Positions 54,828 to 63,749 of a stretch of 64,000 bases of DNA are shown here, piece by piece. A model generated the notes under the pieces. That model was not told the origin of the DNA. It did not search any database and saw nothing but the letters and a program-made list of their open reading frames with translations. Origin of the DNA: Bauldia sp. (lineage in GTDB: Bacteria > Pseudomonadota > Alphaproteobacteria > Rhizobiales > Kaistiaceae). Location of the stretch: the NCBI GenBank assembly GCA_046349035.1, contig JAXMDC010000002.1:237093-301092 (forward strand), in the 5' to 3' direction. A program made the translations under genes and the position numbers. Positions within the stretch are counted from its first letter, which is position 1, and each line of letters begins with the position of its first letter.

Positions 54828-56615
54828 ATGGTGGGGATCGCGCGCCGCGTTGTCGTTGCCCTGTCGCTGGCCGCCGCGTTGCTCGCGGCGCCGGCCTTCG
54901 CCGACGACAAGACCGATTGCGACCGCGGCTCGCCGGATGCCCGCATCAAGAGCTGCACCGTCCTCATCACCATGGGGCTGCTGAAGGGGCACGACCTCGC
55001 CTCGATCTTCCTCAACCGCGGCACCGCCTACGGCCAGACCAATCGGCACGACGCGGCGCTCGCCGACTTCAACCGCGCCCTTCAGCTCTGGCCGGATTGG
55101 TGGGTCGCCCAGTCGGCTCGCGGCTACGTTTATTCGATGAAGGGGCAATACGACCTCGCCATCGCCGACTTTGGCCGCGTGATCCAGACCCAGCCGCGCG
55201 AGGCCGACGCCTATCTCGGCCGGGCCGATGCCTATCGCGGCAAGGGCCAGGCGGACCTCGCCATCGCCGATTTCACCAAGGCGATCGCGCTGAAGCCCGA
55301 CGCGGTGTTCGCCTTCGCCGGCCGTGCCGCGGCCTATCACAGCCTCAAGTCCTACGATCTCGCCATCGCCGATCTGACGCGGGCGATCCGCCTCAACCCG
55401 GATGTCGCGGCGTTCTTCGTTCGTCGCGGCGATGCCTACCGCGAGAAGTCGCAGACCGATCTCGCCCTTGCCGACTATGGCCAGGCGATCCGCCTCGCTC
55501 CGACCAGCGAGACCGCCTTGGCGAGCCGCGCCAGCCTCTACCGCGCCAAGGGCGATCACGACCGCGCCATCGCCGATTACGATGCGGCGATCGCGCTGAA
55601 GGCGGACTTCGGCACTGCGTTCCTTGGGCGCGGCCTCTCCTACGAGGCCAAGGGCGACCAGGCCAACGCTCTGGCGGACCTGGTCAATGCCGAGAAACTG
55701 CTTCCCGCCGACAGCCCGTTCCGCGCCGACGCCGCAAATCGCGTCGCCGCCCTGCGGGTCGCCGGCGCCGATGCGGCGCGCCTTGCCGCGCTGCAGGCTG
55801 CCGGCGCCGCTCCGCCTCCGGTCGCGGTCGCCGCCGCGCCCGCCGCTGTCGCCGCCGCTCCGGCCGCAGGGCCGCCTCCGGCCGCGGCGCCGATCCCGCT
55901 CGGGCGGCGCGTCGCCCTCGTCGTCGGCAATGGCGCCTATACCGGCGTGCCGGCGCTGCCCAACCCGACCGGCGATGCCGGCCTCGTCGCCGCCTCGCTG
56001 AAGGCGGTCGGCTTCGACGTCCGCGTCGTCAACAATGCCGGCCGCGACGACTTCCTGAAGGCGCTCCACGCCTTCCAGGGTCAGGCCGATGGCGCCGACT
56101 GGGCGGTGGTCTATTTCGCCGGCCACGGCATCGAAATGGGCGGCACCAACTTCCTCGTCCCGGTCGATGCCAAGCTCGCCGAGGACCGCGACGTTCCCGA
56201 CGAGACGGTGTCGCTCGACCGCGTGCTTGCTGCCGTCGACGGCGCGCGCGGCCTGAAGATGGTGGTGCTCGACGCCTGCCGTAACAACCCGTTCGTCGCC
56301 TCGATGAAGCGGAGCGGCGCATCGAGCCGCGCCGTCGGGCGGGGCCTCGCCCTGGTCGAGCCGGCGCAGGCAACCCTTGTCGCCTACGCCGCCAAGGCCG
56401 GCAGCGTCGCCTCCGACGGCGATGCCGGCAACAGCCCCTTCGCCAAGGCCTTCGCCCAGCGCGTCGGCGAGCCGGGCGTCGAAATCGGCAAGATGTTCCG
56501 CCTCGTCCGCGACGACGTCCTTGCCGCGACCGGCCAGAAGCAGGAGCCCTTCGTCTACGGCTCGCTCCCCGGCACCGACTTCTTCTTCAAGCCGCCGACC
56601 GTCGGCCAGCGCTAG
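54828..56615 (+). CDS. TPR-repeat / caspase-family (peptidase C14, orthocaspase) two-domain periplasmic protein.
   Basis: Signal peptide, then a TPR sensor domain homologous to the 12675 protein (DDKTDCDRGSPDARIKSCTVLITMG, AIADF repeats). Then an Ala/Pro linker. Then a caspase domain carrying the His-Cys dyad: YFAGHGIEMGGTNFLVPVDA and MVVLDACRNNPF. Confidence 0.8.
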   Translation: MVGIARRVVVALSLAAALLAAPAFADDKTDCDRGSPDARIKSCTVLITMGLLKGHDLASIFLNRGTAYGQTNRHDAALADFNRALQLWPDWWVAQSARGYVYSMKGQYDLAIADFGRVIQTQPREADAYLGRADAYRGKGQADLAIADFTKAIALKPDAVFAFAGRAAAYHSLKSYDLAIADLTRAIRLNPDVAAFFVRRGDAYREKSQTDLALADYGQAIRLAPTSETALASRASLYRAKGDHDRAIADYDAAIALKADFGTAFLGRGLSYEAKGDQANALADLVNAEKLLPADSPFRADAANRVAALRVAGADAARLAALQAAGAAPPPVAVAAAPAAVAAAPAAGPPPAAAPIPLGRRVALVVGNGAYTGVPALPNPTGDAGLVAASLKAVGFDVRVVNNAGRDDFLKALHAFQGQADGADWAVVYFAGHGIEMGGTNFLVPVDAKLAEDRDVPDETVSLDRVLAAVDGARGLKMVVLDACRNNPFVASMKRSGASSRAVGRGLALVEPAQATLVAYAAKAGSVASDGDAGNSPFAKAFAQRVGEPGVEIGKMFRLVRDDVLAATGQKQEPFVYGSLPGTDFFFKPPTVGQR

Positions 56616-56715
56616 CGAGCCGCGCTCGATCCCCAAGCCGTGCGCGCCGCCCTCTTGCGTCGCGGCGGCGGCTGCGCTTCTGATAGGCGCGGGGGTATTG
56701 GGGCTCGTGTTCTAA

Positions 56716-57621
56716 ATGCGGAGAAGTCTTGCGGCGCTCGGCGGCGCCGTCGTGGCGTTGTGGGCAGGCGGAGCCGAGGCGCAGCGCGCCGCCCCAGCGG
56801 CGCGGACGCCCGCCGCCGTAACCTGGAAGGGCGAAGCGGTTCAACAGGGGCGGACCGGCACCTTTCGCGTCGAGGTGACGCTGATGGGGACGGGCGGCAT
56901 CACCCGCTATCCCGAACAGTCCTGCACCGGCACGCTGAAGCGGATCGGCGTCAGCGGCGCCTATTCGTTCTTCGCCGAGGAGATCACGCAAGGGCGTTAC
57001 GACGCCGCCACCAATGCCGGTTGCTTCGACGGCACGGTGACGCTGAACGAGACTGGCGGCAAGCTGCACTATGGCTGGTTCGGCGTTACCTCCGGCGAGA
57101 CGGTGATCGCCGGTGCGGTGCTGACGAAAGACGGTGCGACTTCGGCCGGCACGCCGGTCGCCGCGGCAACCGTCGATGCGCCGCCCACCGCCGCGGCCCC
57201 GCCCACCCCGCCGGCGGCACCGGCAAGGGCGCCCCAGGCTCCGGCCGCGACGCCGGCAGGCCGCGGCAACGCTGCCACCGGCAATGCCGCCGCGACCGGC
57301 GCCGTCGCACCGGCCCCGCTGGCCGCGGGCGGTGGCGCGAAGCTGCAACCGGACGAGATCCAGTTGATCTTCGGCCCCGGCTCGCCGATCGCCGCGCTCG
57401 ACCCTGCCGGACGGAAATCGACCTTGGTCTTCCGCGGCGATGGCACCGCCAGCGCGTCGCCCGCCTCCGGCCCGGCGCTGACCGGCACTTGGCGCTTCTC
57501 CGCCGACGGCTACTGCTCCAAATGGAGCGGCGCCGGCGAGCGCTGCTTCACCGTCCGCCGCGCCGCCGCCGGCTTCGACGTCCTCGACGCCGACAACCGG
57601 CTGATCGCCCACTGGGAGTAG
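56716..57621 (+). CDS. Secreted hypothetical protein immediately downstream of the TPR-caspase gene.
   Basis: 301 aa. Signal peptide (AVVALWAGGAEAQ), two Cys-containing globular segments separated by a Pro/Ala linker. Confidence 0.55.
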   Translation: MRRSLAALGGAVVALWAGGAEAQRAAPAARTPAAVTWKGEAVQQGRTGTFRVEVTLMGTGGITRYPEQSCTGTLKRIGVSGAYSFFAEEITQGRYDAATNAGCFDGTVTLNETGGKLHYGWFGVTSGETVIAGAVLTKDGATSAGTPVAAATVDAPPTAAAPPTPPAAPARAPQAPAATPAGRGNAATGNAAATGAVAPAPLAAGGGAKLQPDEIQLIFGPGSPIAALDPAGRKSTLVFRGDGTASASPASGPALTGTWRFSADGYCSKWSGAGERCFTVRRAAAGFDVLDADNRLIAHWE

Positions 57622-57767
57622 GGGGGGCGTCCTGTGCGAAGCGGCGGCGCGATTTCCAATTTGCGCGCGACCGCGATCACGCGACCATAAGCAACAAGCG
57701 GCCCGCGATTGGCGCCGACTTACCTTGGCGGCGCCGAAGGGGAGAGGCCGGGCCGGCCCCCTTCGAC

Positions 57768-58637
57768 CTACTCCCCGCGGCCGATGGCGCGGGCGCTCTC
57801 GATGACGCCGTGCGCGTCGTGCCCGGTCTTCAGCCAGAAGAGCAGCAGCGCCGGCAGGCCGGCGGCGAGGATCAGCGCCTGCAGCATCAGCCCGACGAGG
57901 CCGGTGAGGGCGAGGAGGGCCAGCTGAACCGCGCCGAAGGCGAGGGAGACGAGGAGCGGCGAGAGCACCACCGATGCCGCGGCGACGAAGGTCCACTTCA
58001 GCGGGTTCGTCTCGCCGGAGCCGAAGATCGTGCCGACGATGCCGAAGAGGCTGAGGGCGACGAACAGCACCATCAGCAGGAAGCCGAAGGTGTCGCCGCC
58101 GGTGAGGCGCTCTTCGAGCACCGCGAAGATCGCGTCAGGCAGGCGCGGCAGGATCTGCAGCCCGGCGATCGGCGCGAGCAGGATCGCCGGCCCTTCCGTG
58201 GTGCCGGGGCAGAGGAGGACGATGTCGCACGCCTCCGCCCAGCGCTTGCAGATCGGCCCGAAGCCGGCCGAGGCCAGCATGGCGTCGCTGAGCCCGCCCA
58301 TCGCCGGCCGCGACGCGAATTCCACGCAGCCGCTATTGGCCGCCCGCGGCTCGCAGACGACGAGGTTGCTGTAGGTGCAGGATTCGAAGCGCTTCATGAA
58401 GGCGTCGGAGAGGCCGGCAATCGACACCGAGCCGATGGCGCTCGCTGCCGCCTCGTCGGCCGCCTTTATTCGGGAGAACACCTCTTTATGCTCCGAGGCG
58501 ATCAGCACCAGCGTGGTCGCGAACAGGAGAAACGGCAGAATCCAGCGGCGGAACAGGCCGCCGCCCGGCATCCGGCCATGCAGCGCCGGTCCGCCAAGCG
58601 AAAGGCCGCCATCGGCGGTCGCAGGAATGTCGCTCAT
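57768..58637 (-). CDS. Integral membrane protein, hypothetical.
   Basis: 289 aa. N-terminal TM, Cys-rich central soluble part, 4 C-terminal TM helices. Confidence 0.5.
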   Translation of the reverse strand: MSDIPATADGGLSLGGPALHGRMPGGGLFRRWILPFLLFATTLVLIASEHKEVFSRIKAADEAAASAIGSVSIAGLSDAFMKRFESCTYSNLVVCEPRAANSGCVEFASRPAMGGLSDAMLASAGFGPICKRWAEACDIVLLCPGTTEGPAILLAPIAGLQILPRLPDAIFAVLEERLTGGDTFGFLLMVLFVALSLFGIVGTIFGSGETNPLKWTFVAAASVVLSPLLVSLAFGAVQLALLALTGLVGLMLQALILAAGLPALLLFWLKTGHDAHGVIESARAIGRGE

Positions 58638-58762
58638 CGCTTCCTCCCGAAAGGTAGAGGTGTCGAACTTGGCGGGGAGGATGGCAGGCGGCGCTTGAAG
58701 CGGGCCTGAAGGCCGCCGTTATCGGCGGTTCATCATTGTGGCGGCAAAGCCGGGCCGGGGGC

Positions 58763-59683
58763 CTAGCTTGGGCCGGCCGGCGGCTGATGCGCCAGTGCCG
58801 CGGTGACGATGTCGTTGATCGGCGCGGTCAGGCCGGTCGGCTTGACGACTAGTGGGGTCGGGCGCGTCACGCTCGCGGCAAGGCGGTTGACGAACCACAG
58901 CGGGCCTTGCGGCATCGCTGCCCGGCGGCCGGTCTTGAGCGCCACCGCCAAGCCGCCGCCCTGCGCCCGCGACACCTGCGCCGTGGCGGCGATGGCGTCC
59001 CAGGGGATACGTGCCTTGCTCAGACGCGCGTCGAAGATGCCGTCGCCGTCGATGGCGACCACCGTCGACGTGTCGCGGCTCGCAAGCGCATAGGTGAACG
59101 CCGCGAAAACGAAGACGAGGCCGAAGGCGGCGAACATGGCCGCGAGCAGCACGCGGCCGAACGGCGCCATGTCGCCGAAGCCCCGGAGGGCAATGGCGGT
59201 GGCGAGCCACAGCGAGAGCGCCGCCATGACCAGCGCGGCGGGCGCCGCGATGAGCGTCCAGTTCCGGTTCCAGCCTGCGGCGAAGGCGGGCGGCGCGGCC
59301 GGCTCATGCGTCAAGGCGAACTCCGCCCCGAGTTCGGCGCGAAGCGCCGCGGCGAGCGCCGCGACATCGGCGGCGTAGGCGGTCGCCGCCTCGGGATAGC
59401 CGAACAGCGCCGGCGGCTCCTTTTTTTTGGAGGTCTTGCGGAGTTGGCCGGCGGTCGCCTCCTCGTAGCGCTCGATCAGCGCCGCCGCCTGCGCCTTCAC
59501 CGCACCGGACAGCGGCAGCTGCTTGAGCCCGACCGCGTAGCCGAAGCGCCGCCGCGCCGCCTCGTTCTCCGCCCACAGGCAAACGCCGCCCTCGGCGGCA
59601 AGCGCCAGGCGCAGGGCATAGGTCGGAGCGGGAGAGGCGGCCATCGCCGGGGGGAGTAGCCGGACGGCGGGGGAGTTGTCCAA
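58763..59683 (-). CDS. Hypothetical membrane-associated protein. Contains a T8 homopolymer (59420-59427) encoding KKK.
   Basis: 306 aa. Soluble N-terminal domain, then 2-3 TM helices, then a C-terminal soluble region. Confidence 0.45.
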   Translation of the reverse strand: MDNSPAVRLLPPAMAASPAPTYALRLALAAEGGVCLWAENEAARRRFGYAVGLKQLPLSGAVKAQAAALIERYEEATAGQLRKTSKKKEPPALFGYPEAATAYAADVAALAAALRAELGAEFALTHEPAAPPAFAAGWNRNWTLIAAPAALVMAALSLWLATAIALRGFGDMAPFGRVLLAAMFAAFGLVFVFAAFTYALASRDTSTVVAIDGDGIFDARLSKARIPWDAIAATAQVSRAQGGGLAVALKTGRRAAMPQGPLWFVNRLAASVTRPTPLVVKPTGLTAPINDIVTAALAHQPPAGPS

Positions 59684-59766
59684 TCGGCTCTGGTGAACCG
59701 ATCCTTCCGGCGCGCCGGGGACGGGGACCGAAACCCGGGCGTCACGCGCCGCGGCCTAAGCCGGCG

Positions 59767-60138
59767 TTAGTCCTTAGCCGCAAGCCAAAACAGGAACCAT
59801 GCGATCGCGAAAGGCACACTGTTTGCGACACCCGCCATGGCCAGCGGCAAAAGGGAGCCGGCGATGAATGCCCGCGGGGCCGACGCGAAGATCAGCAGTC
59901 CGTAGAACGCACCGACAAGCAAGACGAAGAAGCCAACAAGGTACAGAGGGAGCCTACCAAGACGCCGCAACAGCGGTGCACGCTCTGCACCGACTTCGCC
60001 CTCCAACGCCTTCTCGTCATCCGACTGGTTCCGCCGCTTAGCGAAGAGGGAGAGCAGCGCAATTGCGCAGGCGAGCCCGATCCATGTCGCGTGGCGCGAG
60101 GCGTCGAGCGGGACGAACCGTCTCCCCGGAACCGACAT
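59767..60138 (-). CDS. Membrane protein, hypothetical. Lower-GC patch; start uncertain.
   Basis: Start placed at MSVPGRRF to avoid a 66-nt overlap with the upstream gene. 3 TM helices. Local GC drop at 59767-60060. Confidence 0.35.
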   Translation of the reverse strand: MSVPGRRFVPLDASRHATWIGLACAIALLSLFAKRRNQSDDEKALEGEVGAERAPLLRRLGRLPLYLVGFFVLLVGAFYGLLIFASAPRAFIAGSLLPLAMAGVANSVPFAIAWFLFWLAAKD

Positions 60139-60227
60139 GGCGGCCGCGCGTAGGTCTACTAGAACGGCTGCCACGCCGAACGCGGCGAGCGCCCGCCGCA
60201 GCGGGCTGAGCGCTCGCCAGCGTTGGA

Positions 60228-61544
60228 TCACCCCGCTTCCCCCGCCGCGATCCAGGTCAGCACCGCCTCGGAGAAGCCGTTGACGCGGCGCCACGCGCCG
60301 TGTCCGACGCCGTGCTGGTAGGAGGCGACGTTGATGACGATGCCGTTGCCTTTCGGCGCCGGCACGTCGTCATGCGCCTGCTCGTCGGTGAAGACGATGA
60401 GGCGCGTCCTGGCCTTGTCGACCTCGCCGACCGCCTTGCCGAGATAGGTGCCGCCATGCGGCTGGCTGGCGACGATTGCATCGCGGAGGGCAAAGCCGCG
60501 CCGCGGCGGCACCTTCTTCACCTTGTCGGAGAAGGTGAACACCTCGACGCTCTCGCACACCTCGCGGGCGAGGATGGCGAGGCCACACGCGGCTTCGAGC
60601 CGCGTCATCTCCGACTTCGCCGAGAGCGGCGAGTCCATCGAGCCGGAGACGTCGATGAGGAGCCGCGTCGGCCCGGCCAGGCGCTCCTGGCCGGCCAGCG
60701 ACTTCAGCATCGCCGCCTCAAGTTCGCTTTCGAAGTCCGGCGCGTAGCGTGCCGCTGTGATGAAGCGGTAGGGCAGGACCCGTTCGCTTTTCATCGCCGC
60801 GATCGCTTCGGCGATCGTCTCGCGCGGCACTTCCGCCGCCTGCATCAGGCGAAGGTTGCGCAGCAGCGCAAGGCCGCCGAGCTTCTTCTCGGCGATCAGC
60901 CGCTCGAAGGTGGCGCGCTTGTCCTTGCCGCCGGAGAGCGCCACTTCCCAGGTATCGGGCGGCGGCAGCGTGCCGTCGACGAGCTGCTTCCAGATCGCCT
61001 CCTGCGCCTTGTCCTTCGGCTTGGCGTGGACCAGGAACAGCACGTCCTTGAGGCGCACCGCCCCGTCGCGGTCGTACTTGGCAAGCTGATAGGCGTCGAA
61101 CTTGGCGAGCGCCTTGGCAAGGCCCTTCTTGACCTGCGCCGACACCGGCTGGCGCTTGCGCTGCTGCATCGGCCCGAGCGCCTCCGCCCAGTAGATGGCG
61201 AGGAACTCGGTCAGTTCGTCCGGCCGCTGGATCACTTTCTCCAGCGCTTCGGCGACAAGGCCGCGATGGGTCGCATGCCGCGCCATCTCGCGCACCACCA
61301 GCAGCGGCGCGTGTCGGAGCTTCATCGCCTCGCGCGCCTCGACGGCGAGCGCCAGGCACACCTCCGGCTCGACCTGCGGCACCAGCGCGGCGATCCGCTC
61401 GGCGATGGCGACGCCGTCTTCGTAGAACTGATCCTCCCAAAGGAGACAGTTCATCAGCGTCCGCTTGAGCTCGTCCGCCGGCGCGAAGCCGCGAGCGCGC
61501 CCGCCCTCATGCGTCCGCGGGCGAAGGAGCTTGTTGAGGCTGAC
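60228..61544 (-). CDS. TROVE-domain / von Willebrand A (MIDAS) protein, a Ro60/Rsr-like RNA-binding protein candidate.
   Basis: The N-terminus (THEGGRARGFAPADELKRTLMNCLLWEDQFYEDG...LRHAPLLVVREMA) follows the Ro60 TROVE pattern. C-terminal vWA with DxSxS MIDAS (LIDVSGSMDS) and ...RLIVFTDEQ. CAGGAGA SD upstream of MVSL. Confidence 0.6.
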   Translation of the reverse strand, partial: VSLNKLLRPRTHEGGRARGFAPADELKRTLMNCLLWEDQFYEDGVAIAERIAALVPQVEPEVCLALAVEAREAMKLRHAPLLVVREMARHATHRGLVAEALEKVIQRPDELTEFLAIYWAEALGPMQQRKRQPVSAQVKKGLAKALAKFDAYQLAKYDRDGAVRLKDVLFLVHAKPKDKAQEAIWKQLVDGTLPPPDTWEVALSGGKDKRATFERLIAEKKLGGLALLRNLRLMQAAEVPRETIAEAIAAMKSERVLPYRFITAARYAPDFESELEAAMLKSLAGQERLAGPTRLLIDVSGSMDSPLSAKSEMTRLEAACGLAILAREVCESVEVFTFSDKVKKVPPRRGFALRDAIVASQPHGGTYLGKAVGEVDKARTRLIVFTDEQAHDDVPAPKGNGIVINVASYQHGVGHGAWRRVNGFSEAVLTWIAAGEAG

Positions 61545-61886
61545 CATGGCGGTCTCCTGTTCTGTCGGGATGGAGGATAGGGGAAAACGGCGCGCGCGGG
61601 AGGGCGGCGGCGAAGGGCGGGTGTCGCGCGGCGCCGGCCGCGTGGCGTAGCGGCCTTTCCCGACACCGAGGAACCTGGCTGCTCCTTCGCGGGTACGCGG
61701 GTCTGGCGCGGGACGCGCAAACGCCAACCGACCGGCTGCCATGCCCCCCTCTGACTTGCGTCAAGGCCGCCGGGCTGGCTCTCCTTCTTGAAACGGTAAG
61801 CGAATCGTCGGTTGGTCCGGTTCGCCGGCGGCGCGACGCGCCGGTCGGCGGTTGGAACCAAACACCGCGAAGGGAGCTGTCAAGGA

Positions 61887-63689
61887 GTGGAACTCGCCAA
61901 CGGCGCCGCCGCCTTTGCCTATAAGGACCTGCTGCTGTTTCTTGCCACCGCCGCGGTGATCGTGCCGCTGGTCGGGCGGCTGAAGGTGCCGCCGCAGCTG
62001 GGGTTCCTGGTCGGGGGCCTGGCGCTCGGCCCCTTCGGCCTCGGCGCGCTCGCCAGACAAGTGCCGTGGCTCTCGGCCGTCGCCATCATCGACCTCGACG
62101 AAATCGCCCCGCTTGCCGAGTTTGGCGTCGCCTTCCTTCTGTTCGTCATCGGCCTCGAACTCTCGCTCGAGCGCTTGCAGCGCATGCGGAAACTCGTTTT
62201 CGGCATGGGCAGCCTGCAGGTGGTCGTCACATCGGCTGCCCTCGGCCTGATCGCCCTGCTGCTTGGCCAGTCGCCGGCGTCGGCTGCGGTGCTGGGGAGC
62301 GCCCTGGCGATGTCCTCGACCGCGCTGGTGCTGCCCTCGCTCGCCGAAGGACGGCGCGTCAACTCGGCGACCGGCCGCGCCAGCTTTGCCGTGCTGCTGT
62401 TCCAGGATCTTGCCGTCGCGCCGCTTCTGTTCATGGTGTCGCTCCTCGGCACCACCGAAGGCGCCGGGCTCGGCACCGGCATCCTCTACGCCCTGGCGCC
62501 GGCGGTGATCGCGCTCGTCGTGCTGGTGGTCGCCGGGCGGCTTGTCCTGCGCCCGCTGTTCCAACTCGCCGCCGCCACCAAGCGCAACGAGGTCTTCGTC
62601 GCCGCCTGCCTCCTCGTCGCCATCGGCACCGGCCTTCTCGTCGCCGCCGCCGGCCAGCCGATGGAACTCGGCGCCTTCATCGCCGGCCTGCTGCTCGCCG
62701 AGACCGAGTACCGCCGCCAGGTCGAGGTGACGATCCAGCCCTTCCAGGGTCTGCTGCTCGGCCTCTTTTTCGTCTCGGTCGGTGCCAGCCTGGACCTTTC
62801 GCTGCTGATCCGCGAGCCGCTGACGATCCTGGCGATCCTCGCCGGTTTCCTCGCGGTGAAGGCGGCGATCGCCTATCCGCTCGGTCTCGCCTTCCGCCTC
62901 TCGCGCTCGACCGCCGGCGAGGTGGCGCTGATGCTGGCGCCATCCGGCGAATTCGCGCTGGTGCTGATCGGCGCCGCCCTGGCGGTCAAAGTGGTGCCGG
63001 CCGGCCTCGGCTCGCTCGTCCTTGTCGCGGTCACGGTGTCGATGTTCGCCGTGCCGGTGATCGCCCGCCTGACCGAAGAATATGTCCGCCGCCCGGCCTA
63101 CGACGAAGCCGCGCTCGCCGGCCTCGCGCCGGCGCCGCATGACGGCCCGGCGCGGGTGATCGTCGTCGGCTTCGGCCGCGTCGGCGAACTGGTCGGGCAG
63201 ATGCTGAGCATGCACGGCATCCCCTATCTCGTCGTCGACGCCAATCCCGCGGTGGTCACCGCCAAGCGCGACGGCGGCATCCGCGCTTTCTACGGCGATG
63301 CCACGCAAGTCGAGCTGCTGCGGATCTGCGGCATCGCCAACGCCCTCGCACTCGCCGTCACCATGGACGACCCGGCAGCCACCGAATTGGTCGTCACTGC
63401 CGCCCGGGCCGAGCGGCCTGACATCCCGATCATCGCCCGCGCCCGCGACGCCTCGCACGCGCAAAAGCTCTACGGTCTCAGCGTCACCGACGCCGTGCCG
63501 GAAAACATCGAGGCGAGCCTCCAGCTGTCCGAGGCGCTGCTTGCCGGCATTGGCGTGCCGATGGGCAAGGTCATCGCCTCGGTGCACGAGAAGCGGGCCG
63601 AACTCCGCGGCCTCCTCAAGGCGCCGCCGGGCAGTCCGGAACGCCGCGCCGTCCGCCCTGCCACCCGCCCGCCAGGGGGTGCGGCCTAG
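61887..63689 (+). CDS. kefB: CPA2-family monovalent cation/H+ antiporter with C-terminal RCK/TrkA-N domain (KefB/KefC-like). GTG start.
   Basis: 12 TM helices with Na_H_Exchanger motifs (FGVAFLLFVIGLELSLERL, GEFALVLIG), then the Rossmann VIVVGFGRVGELVGQML...PYLVVD. AAGGAG SD before the GTG. Confidence 0.85.
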   Translation: MELANGAAAFAYKDLLLFLATAAVIVPLVGRLKVPPQLGFLVGGLALGPFGLGALARQVPWLSAVAIIDLDEIAPLAEFGVAFLLFVIGLELSLERLQRMRKLVFGMGSLQVVVTSAALGLIALLLGQSPASAAVLGSALAMSSTALVLPSLAEGRRVNSATGRASFAVLLFQDLAVAPLLFMVSLLGTTEGAGLGTGILYALAPAVIALVVLVVAGRLVLRPLFQLAAATKRNEVFVAACLLVAIGTGLLVAAAGQPMELGAFIAGLLLAETEYRRQVEVTIQPFQGLLLGLFFVSVGASLDLSLLIREPLTILAILAGFLAVKAAIAYPLGLAFRLSRSTAGEVALMLAPSGEFALVLIGAALAVKVVPAGLGSLVLVAVTVSMFAVPVIARLTEEYVRRPAYDEAALAGLAPAPHDGPARVIVVGFGRVGELVGQMLSMHGIPYLVVDANPAVVTAKRDGGIRAFYGDATQVELLRICGIANALALAVTMDDPAATELVVTAARAERPDIPIIARARDASHAQKLYGLSVTDAVPENIEASLQLSEALLAGIGVPMGKVIASVHEKRAELRGLLKAPPGSPERRAVRPATRPPGGAA

Positions 63690-63749
63690 GCGTCCCTTGC
63701 CAGCGCCCGGCGCTGCGGCGAGTGTCGGGGCAGCCGGGGAGGATCGCCC

